Assembly (NCBI GenBank): GCA_037379345.1
Contig: CM074524.1
Location: 3,817,635 to 3,881,634 of the forward strand
Reading direction: 5' to 3'
DNA from: Perna viridis
Taxonomy: Eukaryota
DNA: 64,000 nt
Within the stretch, counting starts at the first letter, position 1; each line of letters opens with the position of its first letter. The position numbers were made by a program, and so were the translations under genes. Below are positions 42,401 through 54,400 of the stretch, in pieces. The notes beneath the pieces are model-generated. The model was not told the DNA's origin, did not search any database, and worked only from the letters and a program-made list of their open reading frames with translations.

Positions 42401-45400
42401 TATAAACACTTAAAATTTAGTTGCATTCTACTATAGGAAAGTAGATTTTGTACATTGTATCTAGTCCATAAATATTTCACAGTATAGCAGATCCAGGTTA
42501 AACTAACACAGTAAGAGTTGTTTTTAGGTTGTAACAAATGTATTTGAACGGTTTCTGTGATTATCTTGAGATTTGATGAATCACCCCATGCCTGGTTTTT
42601 AAACAGACCCAAACATACGTCCAAGTGTTTGAGACTCCAATTTTTATTTACATTGATTACCGGTATATAGGAGAACATTTTTGGTCTTTAAAATATGTTT
42701 GAGAAATCCTAGGAGTTTTAGTAATTTGAGTTCATACGAATGAAGTTTGACAGTATTTCTGTCCTAATATGACAAAGATGGATTATTTCGCATCAGAATC
42801 ACTCAAGCATAGAGTTGGATATTGTTTGACTTTTCAGAGATTTTTTACGTATTATTATAGGACTGTGAACACTGTACATACAAGAATGCCAAAGATTCTC
42901 GATGGAAGAACCAGCTGATTATTATGGCTGCTCACAAAGCGTCCTGTGGTATTCACAACTTTCTGGTCCCTTTACGGTCACATTACATCGGCATGCATCT
43001 TCTTAGCCCTATTGTGCTGCTACTAGAGGAAGAGTGAGTACTATTTATAAACTTTCTGGTAAAAGTTAATTATCCCTTTCACTGTAAGCATGATGATGTA
43101 GTGTTTGTGCTGCAACGAAATATTTCTGTAAATGGAAGGTTTAAGTTTAATATTGTGGAAAGAATCAAATAAAAAATAATTTTGTTTCGTTACTACAAAC
43201 CCAAATTACTTAAATAGTTATTGTTTCTGTTATGAATATTGAATGTATTTCAGTAGTAGGCAGTTATTTGATGTTTCATTGTGTCTGCCTGATTATTACA
43301 TGGATCAGTTCTAAGATACACAATATTCAGATGTTTATACAAAAACCTAATTCAATTTATTTCTCCGTTTCAGACCAGAAGATTTATTTCTAGAGACAAT
43401 CTGTGAGTTCCCCATGGTATACTGGATGCAGGGAAAGATAACAAGGTAACAGGAGGCTTGGTCTGTCTGTTCATCTGTTCATAAGCTTACAAGTTTTCTT
43501 TGGTCAGCAGACACCATGAATAACACAAATTTATTTAAGTAGTACACACAGAAACTAAAGAAGAAATGAACTCGAGCTCCACTAAAATCCTGGAGTAATT
43601 TTGACCAAGTTCACCAGTAGGGTAATTGTCCTGTTTTATAATCACCTACCATATAATGTCAGATCTAGACTGAAATGTAGGCGGGGAACTATAACATGGT
43701 GACCAGATTTGTTCTCATGGTGGGGATGGCTACACTATGATGATCAACAAGTTCTTAATTTTAACCCTTTGCCGATATATAAAGTGTTGACTTGAGTTCT
43801 GCAACAACATAAGCCTTTTTTTTAAACATTAATCAAGTTAGAAAATAATCTGTATATAACTCCATGTGCTGAGCTCTGTGTGATATTAAAACTCCATACA
43901 CAGGAACTGAAGGAAATTTGCATCAGTTGAATCAGAAATTGTATAATTAAGTTAAGATTCTCCAATTTTTACCTGTGTGTAAGATGTAAGCAGGTCAGAT
44001 AGCTACTTGTGTTCATCTTTCATTGTCAGTACCTGTATGTGTGCCGGGCATTCATCTTTCATGGTTAGTCAGTACCTGTATGTGTGCCAGGTGTTCATCT
44101 TTCATGGTTAGTCAGTACCTGTATGTGTGCCGGGCGTTCATCTTTCATGGTTAGTCAGTACCTGTATGTGTGCCGGGCATTCATCTTTCATGGTTAGTCA
44201 GTACCTGTATGTGTGCCAGACGTTCATCTTTCATGGTTAGTCAGTACCTGTATGTGTGCCGGGCGTTCATCTTTCATGGTCAGTACCTGTATGTGTGCCG
44301 GGTGTTCATCTTTCATGGTTAATCAGTACCTGTATGTGTGCCGGGCGTTCATCTTTCATGGTTAGTCAGTACCTGTATGTGTGCTGGGCGTTCATCTTTC
44401 ATGGTTAGTCAGTACCTGTATGTGTGCCGGGCGTTCATCTTTCATGGTTAGTCAGTACCTGCTTCATGTAATTTGTAAATTAAAAAGTATTCAACAATAT
44501 TATTCAAACTTTGCACTGAGTTTATATACATAGTGCAATCAACTCATTTTTTCCCTACATTTTTAGGATAGGCTGTTCCAGTGAAATATATGAGGGCTGT
44601 GGAGAAGTCACTTTTATTCTTTATGTATGATAGGGTATTCAGGTCTCTTGACGAAATATAAAGTTTAAGGAGGTAAACTTAGAGTAAGGGAAATAACTCT
44701 TGAAATCAGATATGTTTGTATCATATTCAATTTCAACAAGCCTATGTTACTTTGATGCTTATATGAGGTTGATGTAAAATGCTGAATACAAACATTCCAA
44801 TGATTTATAAGAGTTGTGTCCCTTACCTTAGGTCTACCTCCTCTTAATGAGGAATTAAGGATATGAATGAAGTTATTTCATATGGAACAGCCCTATGTTA
44901 GAGTGTTTCAATTTTTGGTCACTTAATTCTGTGAACTGTACTTACTTTGTATAATCTGTAACTAAAAAAAAATGAAACCAATATTATTCAAACTTTGCAC
45001 AGTGATAAAACATATATTGAAGATGTTCACCTCCTATTATGAAGATTTGATTAATTGTTTTATTCCTATATTCTTAGCATGTCGAACTATTTGTCCCTTA
45101 TGTTATGAATGGAACCTACTTTTTTTAAACCTATATTATTCAAACTTTGAACAGTGATTATATACGAATTGCAGATGTTTACCTCCTATTATGGAGACCT
45201 TTGGTAAATGTTTCTTTATACCTATTAAGGATAATTATGTGACAGATATATGATGGTGACATAGACATGGATTGGTCTTGTTTCAATCTCAAATAATAAA
45301 ACACTATGAATCCCATTAATAACTATTTTATACATACTTCTAGCTTGGATGACCTGTTGTTAGCTGGGATACATAAAGTCAGCCATTTTGTGATAGTAAA

Positions 45401-48400
45401 CAAAGAATCTCTTGGGGATATGGAAGAGACAATGGTAGATTCACAGACAATAGTAGCCGTTCAGACAATACTCAAGTAAGACTCTGTTACAGACAGACAA
45501 TATTCAAGTAAGACTCTGTCACAGACAGACAATACTCAAGTAAGACCTTGCCACAGACAGTGGTAGCTGTTCAGACAATACTCAAGTTAGACTCTGTCAC
45601 ATACAATAGTAGCTGTTCAGACAATGCTCAAGTAGGACTCTGTCACAGATGGACAATACTCATGTAAGACCTTGCCACAGACAGTGGTAGCTGTTCAGAC
45701 AATACTCAAGTTAGACTCTGTCACAGACAATAATAGCTGTTCAGACAATACTCAAGTTAGACTCTGTCACAGACAATAGTAGCTGTTCAGACAATACTCA
45801 AGTTAGACTCTGTCACAGACAGTAGTAGCTGTTCGGACATTTTTTAAAGTAAGACTGTCACAGACAATAGTAGCTTTTCAGACAATACTCAAGTAAGACC
45901 TTTCCACAGACAGTAATACCTGTTCAGACATTACTCAAATAAGACTGTCACAGACAATGGTAGCTGTTCAGACAATACTCAATTAAGACTCTGTCACAGA
46001 TAATAGTATCTGTTCAGACTGCTCAAGTAAGATTCTGTTACAGACAGTAGTAGCTGTTCAGACAATACTCAAGTAAGACTGTCAAAGACAGTAGTAGCCT
46101 TTCAAATAATACTCAAGTAAGACTGTCACAGACAATAGTAGCTGTTCAGACAATGCTCAAGTAAGACCTTGCCACAGACAGTAGTAGCTGTTCAGACAAT
46201 ACTCAAGTAAGACTGTCACAGACAATAGTAGCTTTTCAGACAATACTCAAGTAAGACCTTTGCACAGACAGTAGAAGCTGTTCAGACAATACTCAAATAA
46301 GACTCTGTCACAGGCAATAGTAGCTGTTCAGACAATACTCAAGTAAGACTCTGTCACAGGCAATAGTAGCTGTTCAGACAATACTCAAGTAAGACTCTGT
46401 CACAGACAGTAGTAGCATTTCAGATAATACTCAAGTAAGACTCTGTCACAGACAGTAGTAGCATTTCAGATAATACTCAAGTTAGACTCTGTCACAGACA
46501 ATAGTAGCTGTTCAGACAATGCTCAAGTAGGACTTTGTCACAGACAGGCAATACTCTAGTAAGACTCTTTCACAGACGGACAATACTCAAGTAAGACCTT
46601 GCCACAGACAGTAGTAGCTGTTCAGACAATACCCAAGTAAGACTGTCAGAGACAGTAGTAGCCTTTCAGACAATACTCAAGTAAGACTGTCACAGATAAT
46701 AGTAGCTGTTCAGACAATGCTCAAGTAAGACCTTGCCACAGACAGTGGTAGACAATACTCAAGTAAGAAGTAAGACTCTATCACAGACAGTGGTATTTGT
46801 TCAGACAATACTCAAGCAAGACTGTCACAGACAGTAGTAGCTGTCTCTTTTACATCTACACCATACCTATTCTCATTATATATTACATTAACATGCTTTG
46901 TGATTTTTTTTTCTGTTTTAAAGAAAAGATTATTTAGATGTTATCTCCACATAATACAATACAAAGTTCAAAGATCAAGTATTTTATTTTACAAATCACA
47001 GGCTCACAGGAATAGTGACCAAACAATATTTATAATTTTTAAATACACAGATACATTGTACATTTATATAGACATTCAATAATAGTTTTTTTTTACAACC
47101 ATGTACAATTATTGCAAGTAGATTTTTTGATAATACACAATATATTTGTATCTATTGTATAGAATGTTTCCCCATACTAACATCATCACAGAGCTAAGCC
47201 AGGCAACAAACATCAGATTCATGCAGTTCCAGGCCAATAATGAGTACAACAAATATGTGTCTAGGATGGAAAAGGTACATATAATATGAAGTAGGAGGGA
47301 ATACTAGGTTCAAACATTTAAAAACAGATGGACCATATGAGTATTTTAGGGTAGAAGACAAGAATTCTATTTTATCATGTTGTATATACATGTCAATATG
47401 AAATAAATTTGTATGAAGTATTTTATTCTTTTTATACCCACTTTGTTTGTGGAAATTTATAGTGATGGGGTGTCTGTCCGTTCTTACTTCCTTCCATTAT
47501 ACAGAAGTGACCCATCTCTCATCAGTTACTCCTTCTACACCACTGAATGGTATTGAAAACTTCACAGATTCATTATTACATGTTCCCATTATGCACCTCC
47601 TATTCTAGATTTTGATCCAAATTAATACAGAGGATAAAAGGTGCATGTTGTGAAATGAGGGAGTGGGTTATCAAATTAGTGAGCATTGCTTACAGTTTTT
47701 ATAGTTTGTGTTAGTAGATAGTATAGCAGTGTTAACATGAATGATGGTGGTGTTGATGAAATCATAGACCACAGAAATTTTCTTCCCTGACAATAACTTG
47801 AATATTATGTTAATAATTGTCTCAACTGTTCAGATTTAAACTCAATGGTAGTATCTGGTTGTGTCCCATGTAGCATGTTATTTTTCCCATTAGAAAATAA
47901 ATTTAAATTGTTCATTCAGAAGCATGAAGATCTGCCGTCAGATATTATACTTTTTTGATTGATTCAGTACATGAGTATTTTGATTGAATGCTTTACCTAT
48001 AATAGTTTCTTATTGGGATCTCATACATAGCATTTGTTAAATGATTTATAATAATTAAGTGTCTTTCCTGGGAAGAATCAGGCAATGAATGAAACATGGT
48101 ATGAAAAAAAACCATCATTTTGATAGTGTAATTTGACTAGTTGCACCATCAGATTCAAGTGGTATGAAAAAAAACCATCATTTTGATAGTGTAATTTGAC
48201 TAGTTGCACCATCAGATTCAAGGAAAACAGATAAGATTTTCCATATCATGCTGGACCATTGAGTTACAATATCATTGAAATGCACTGAAAATGAACATTA
48301 CAAGGGCAGATAACTCTGTCAAAAACCTCATTTTTCAGACATTCTGTTGGAAAATTTCTGAACAAAGCCAGTGATGCGGAGATTAAAAAGTGTTATTTTC

Positions 48401-51400
48401 AAATAGATAAAGTATCCTTGATTGATATTACATTGTCAGATCAGTGGGTTTTTGACATGAATGTTTCTGATTTTTCCCATTTTGTCTGATTCTTACAAAC
48501 ACTTATACTTAATTGGAAGGAATGATTTATCATATGATAAAAAATGTCAAAGAATAAATATGATGATAATAAGCCTACTGATATAGGGATCTTGGCATGA
48601 TCTTACATATTACATAATTACCCTGTTTGTTATATGCAGATTTAATTGGTTTGACATTATAAGTGACATCTGACATTATGGTATAACCAAATATGAGTGA
48701 CACATGTTCTTATTTTCTGTGTGACTATTTCTGCTGATTATAAGTGGGTTAGGCTTGACACTATAATTCCTGTAACCTCTGTGTTTTTTTGTTTTTTTGT
48801 TTTTTATTGTTTTTTTTTGATAAACTTACTGATGATATGCTTGCTACTCTAATGTCTGTAACTTCTGTGTTTTGTTTTTGAGAAACTCAGTGGTGGTATG
48901 AGTTCAGCACTATCCCATATATTCCGACTGCCATTTGCCTCCGGCCAGGTGTTCAGTGCTAGCATGCTTGACAGTCTCTTGTACCAGGTATACTGACTTT
49001 TATTGATTATTTTGTTATTTATTGCGGTTGCTCATTTTAGAACCTGCTTTCTTTATAATTAACTTACAAGTATTCTTGGAAATTATATTTTTTTCCGATT
49101 GGATGGGATAAGAATTGCATGAGATTTTAATTATTTTTCAAGGGTGCTGTTTTCATTAAAACTTCCCCCATCATGGAAGAAAAACCAAAACAGAACCCTA
49201 ATGTCTACTCCATCAGTTATAATTACATTAACCATTTTAATCATTATTTTTCTTGTGAAAAAAAAAGATAGATGTTAAATTGAATAAATGTTCTAGCAGA
49301 AACATGAAAATCAGTTGATTTACAGTATATATATGAACATAATTATATAAATTTTCTCATCACAAAATTGTTATTATTTCAGACATTTGTGAAAGGTTAT
49401 CTCATAACATTTGTTAGACTTCTGTTGGGCATTGATGCTGAGGAAAAATCTGGACATCTCTCTAGTGTAAGTTCCATCTGAAATCTGAACAAGTCTCTAG
49501 TGTAAGTCCTGTCTAAAATCTGGACATCTCTCTAGTGTAAATCCTGTCTAAAATCTGGACATCTCTGTAGTGTAAGTTCTGTCTGAAATCTGAACATCTC
49601 TGTAGTGTAAGTTCTGAAATCTGGACAATGTCTTTTTGAGGACAAATTATGTATTCTTTAGTTAAAATAAGCCCAAAAACTTGAAGCCATTAAACTATGA
49701 CTGAACACAACAGATATTTACAAACCTTAATCATTTTCTTCTGTGCAAAATTTTTGAATCAAAGTTCTTAATTACTATATGTAACATTGTTGACCTCATA
49801 GAACATGTAGACCTGCATTAAATAACTACTGTATATATGACATTTACTATACACATGCATTCAAGTACTTGAAACAGTCATTAAACATTGATAAATACAT
49901 GTGTTACATTAGTTTGTATACTGATACATTTAATTACTGTATTATACATATTACATTTGATAACTACTGGTATACACATGTTGCATTTAATTACTTTCTT
50001 GTTTCTTTTACAGCAAGTTGAAAATGACTGGTTCTAAATTCTAAGCAGGTGAAATAGGACAATTAGGTATATTGTAGGGCAGATTTCTACCTAGAGAGCT
50101 ATTTAAATTACTCAGCAGCTTACACAGATTTGTATAGACTTGCTTCAAGTCCATCTTATTATATGACACAGAAAATCTATCTAATAAAACCACTCTGATA
50201 ATGCTTCTACTAACTCACATAACAATTAGTAGATTATCAGAGAGCTACATACAGTCAATCAACTTTTTCATTTATTCTTGAATTTTCAGAGAGGAACTGG
50301 TAGCTATCCTATTATTTGTATTGAAATCAGAACCAGTCATTTTCAACTTGCTGTAATTGCTGTGTAAGAACTATACACATATTACTTTTAATTACTGGTA
50401 CCAGGATGTGAGATATAATTTCTTTACTGTACATGTTGATTACAGATTCGTATAAAGGGAGTGACATTAGCACAGTACCCTACTTACGGTGAGCTATATC
50501 ATGGTGTTGCTACTACAACTGGGGAAATACCTTTTGCTATTTATAGAACAGAGAAATCTCAGACTAATGTGAGTAAAATGGTGAAAAGCTCATTATTTAA
50601 TATTATGGAAGTGTGACTTATTTACAAAAACAATATAAGACCAAAGAAAATTCATTTGCTATTTATAGATTTTATCGCTTCAGTTTTACATTTGTTACCT
50701 GAACTTTTTCTTAAAAACAAGCTTGGCAGAGTGTGCTATTTCTGTACAGTCATGGTTGACCATAGAGATAAAGGGTCAATATATTTTTGTAAGAACATGT
50801 CAAGTTGACTGTAAGATACATGTATATCATAACTTTCTTAAAGATTTTTATGATTGGTGTGCTCTTATACATGCATTTTGAAAATGAAGCATTTTAATTA
50901 CCTACTTAGTGTGTTTAGTATTTTGGCTGCGTATTCTGTCTCTTTTCTGATTACTGCTTTGTTTTATTACGATTGAAGCTTTCTAGTCCAACATTTGAAT
51001 GATCGTGATGAATCATGGTGTGTATTTCCTGGTTTTCTATATCTATATTGACTTGATTTTCAGGATTTGTATACACATGAACCACAGATTGCTATGAAGG
51101 AACTCTTTAAGTTGGTAGGAGAAAAAAACACTTAATTATTAATAGCACTTTAAATCTGACTGAACATTTGCTATAAACCCTTAGATTAGTTTACCATTAC
51201 ACCAGAGTAGTATTACCGGTACTGTTAATAACTTAGTGCTCTTGCATTTTATTTTTGACAATTTTGACAATTAATTTTGACAATTGACAAGATATCTTTT
51301 TATTCAGGTTTTGAATATTTCTATAAATAGTCAGTGAGATGTTTGAAATTAGAGACTACTGTACAATTTCTTTCCTTTTATGTTGTATTTTTTTGGTCGT

Positions 51401-54400
51401 CTTTTTATTATTAAGTATATGCCCATCTATTTAGACAGAACATATTATGGTATACTTGTGTGTGTCATTGCAACTGTCTGTCCACAATAACTCAAAAATT
51501 TGGTGTAACTTCAATGATTTGTTTTTATTGATGTGAAATCTCCCTTTCAAAATTTTGCGCATAAATTTCTGATTTTTCATTTTTGAGTAATGGGTCTTTA
51601 TTTGTGCAAAAATGGGATGATTTTCTGTTTTCAGACTTTAGCTCAAAAACCTTTGCAGCTTTATCATTGAAATTTTGGTGAATTGTTAGTATTTATTGTT
51701 GTATGCTCCCTTTCAATTTTAAGATTAGAGTTTTGAGACATTTCAATTGTTAAAAAATTTCTGAATTTCTGATTTTCTTTTTTTTTTTAGTGTTTGGACT
51801 TTTTCAAATAAAAGAGGGGGGACTTCATTCAGTTTTCATGAAACTTTGTTCAATTGGAATTTATTCAATGTAAGGTCCTTTTTGATTTTTATGGGTTTTT
51901 TTCTGTATCAAGGTTGAATTTTGTGGTCACATGTATTCAGTTTTCAACCTATGTGGGCGTATCTAGCTGTGCTCTGCAAAGCATTTCTTTTCTCCAAAAC
52001 CCTATCTAATCCCAGAAGCTAGTGATAGAATAGTTTTAGGTTTACTGAGACACTGCACATACTGATTATAATCAGATTATTTTGTGAAGGTCATAATCTA
52101 TATTTTCTAAAGTTTGTCACTTGCATTTTTTAAGTGTAAGTATTTGTAAGAATCAGGCAAAATGGGAAAAATCAGAACATGCATGTCAAAACCCCACTGA
52201 TCTGACTAAAAAATATCACTCAAGGATGCTTTCTCTATTTGAAATTATCATTATTTGATCTCTGCATCACTGGCTTTGCTCAGAAATTTTTCAATAGAGT
52301 TATCTGCCCTTGAAATGTTCATTTTCAGTGTATTTCAGTGAAATTGTAACTTAATGGTCCAGCATGATATGGAAAATCTTTTCTGTTTTCCTTGATTCTT
52401 ATAGTGCAACTAGTCAAATCATACTATCAAAATGATGGGTTTTTTCATACCATGTTTCACCTACTGCCCAATTCTTACAGGGACTGACACTTAAATCATA
52501 AATTGTTTGGGCTTTTATATGAATTTCATAAAATGCAATGCAACATTCTACCCAGAATATAGTATTGCTTAATCAATGGGATGCAGTATATGTCATACTT
52601 ATTTCATATTCTATAGTTACCATGTAAATAATGTATTTGTGACACACCTGTGATGTTTTGATTAGAAGTGATATTGCAGAGCTGATGCCGGGTGTTTATA
52701 TTTATTATATAATTATTTTCTTTGTTTGTTCAGAAAATATTAAAATCAGTTCTCTCATTTTAGTGGAAATTTTTTGAAAACTGTAGAAAACAGAGTTTTG
52801 TGTCCGCCTTGTGGCAAAATTATGACACAACAGCTTGTATTTTCTGTATATTAGTATTCAGATAATATTTTAGCTTTGGAATAGGCAAATAGAAAATTTC
52901 TTATAGTAAATTGAAACTTCAGAAAAATAGTAGGCCTGAAATTATTGGTAGTGAATTTACCCCTTTACTAGAATCACATTCAATTTCAATTAATCACTAA
53001 TAGGTATTTACCCAAATTTATCCCCTATTTAAAAAAAATACCAAGAACAATTATGGTACATAAAATAAAAGCTGGATACATTTTATGGAATTCTTAAAAG
53101 TTCTACATAAAAATATACCGGTAATAAAACAATTATGGTAGCTTATTTTTTGCAATGTCATGTTTTATTGAACACTTCAAAAGAGATTTTGACCTGGGCC
53201 TTGGTTGATACATGTATTTCTTTTAAGTATTCCATAAAAATGATATTTTTAAGCAAATGCCCTTTAAGTGTACAGTTTGTTTAGCAAATCCTTTTAATTA
53301 TAAAATTTAATGTTGTCTTTTTTAGACAATGCTGCACTAGTAAATTCACTAGTTTACAAAGTACAAAATTTTCTGTGATACAGTATATGGACATTGATAC
53401 ACTTAAGGAGGTAGACCTAGGGTAAGGGAAACAACTCTTAAAAATCATTAGGATGTTTGTATTCAGCAATTTACATCAATCTCATGTAAGCATCAAAGAA
53501 ACATGGATTGATTTCATTCTGATTCAAATGAAAGCTTGATAGGCATTGGTGAATTGAATATGATTCAAACATATCATTTATTTCAATAGTTATGTCCCCT
53601 GCCCTAGGTCTACCTCCTTAATGAGCGAATTCTTTTACTTAAAGTAGGATTTTTAAGAGTAAAAAAATCACTCTCAAATTTTGCTTAAACATGTTCAGAA
53701 ATACACTTAATTAAGGTCTTTCCCATTTCAATGGGAAGACCTTCTTGTATTTCTTCTGATTATTATTATTATTCTTTTTTTTTTCCGCCAGGCATTTTGC
53801 CAAAGTTTTGGCTGAACGTATCACGACAACATTTTGACAATCTTTTGCAATCTGACAGGGGACTTTGGAATTCACCCTGTGAGACGTGATCATTTGTCGG
53901 TCCAGAGTTATCTGCCCCGTAGCGGAAAAACTAATTTTGCTAAAATTTCTGAAACTGTTTTAGATACACACAAACCGAAAGCTCCATATTTTTTAGAAAC
54001 CCAGGGCTGTACTATTTGACAAAGTTTCCAAAAGATTAGAGGTTTCCCTGTTTACGCGATTTCACGACCTTAAATGAATTTGTTCGGTTGGTCACTAAAC
54101 TTTTAAACCGTAAGTCGTATAGACTTGGGACCTTCACTGTTGATCATAGATGATATGTTGTGTGTTTAAAAATGTGAAGGTCAAAGGTCACTTTAAAATT
54201 TGACCTTGGCCTTGTTCCCATTCAAACTTGAAATTGGTAACAGATAGAAGAAAATGATGAACATGAAAAATATGCATCTTGATTATATGTTCAAAAGTTA
54301 TGAGAGTTCTAAGCGTTTCGATGAAGCATTTTGACGTTATAGCCCAAAAACTGGTATTTTTGGTGATTTTTGCAGTTTTTTACCAATATATCACAAACCG

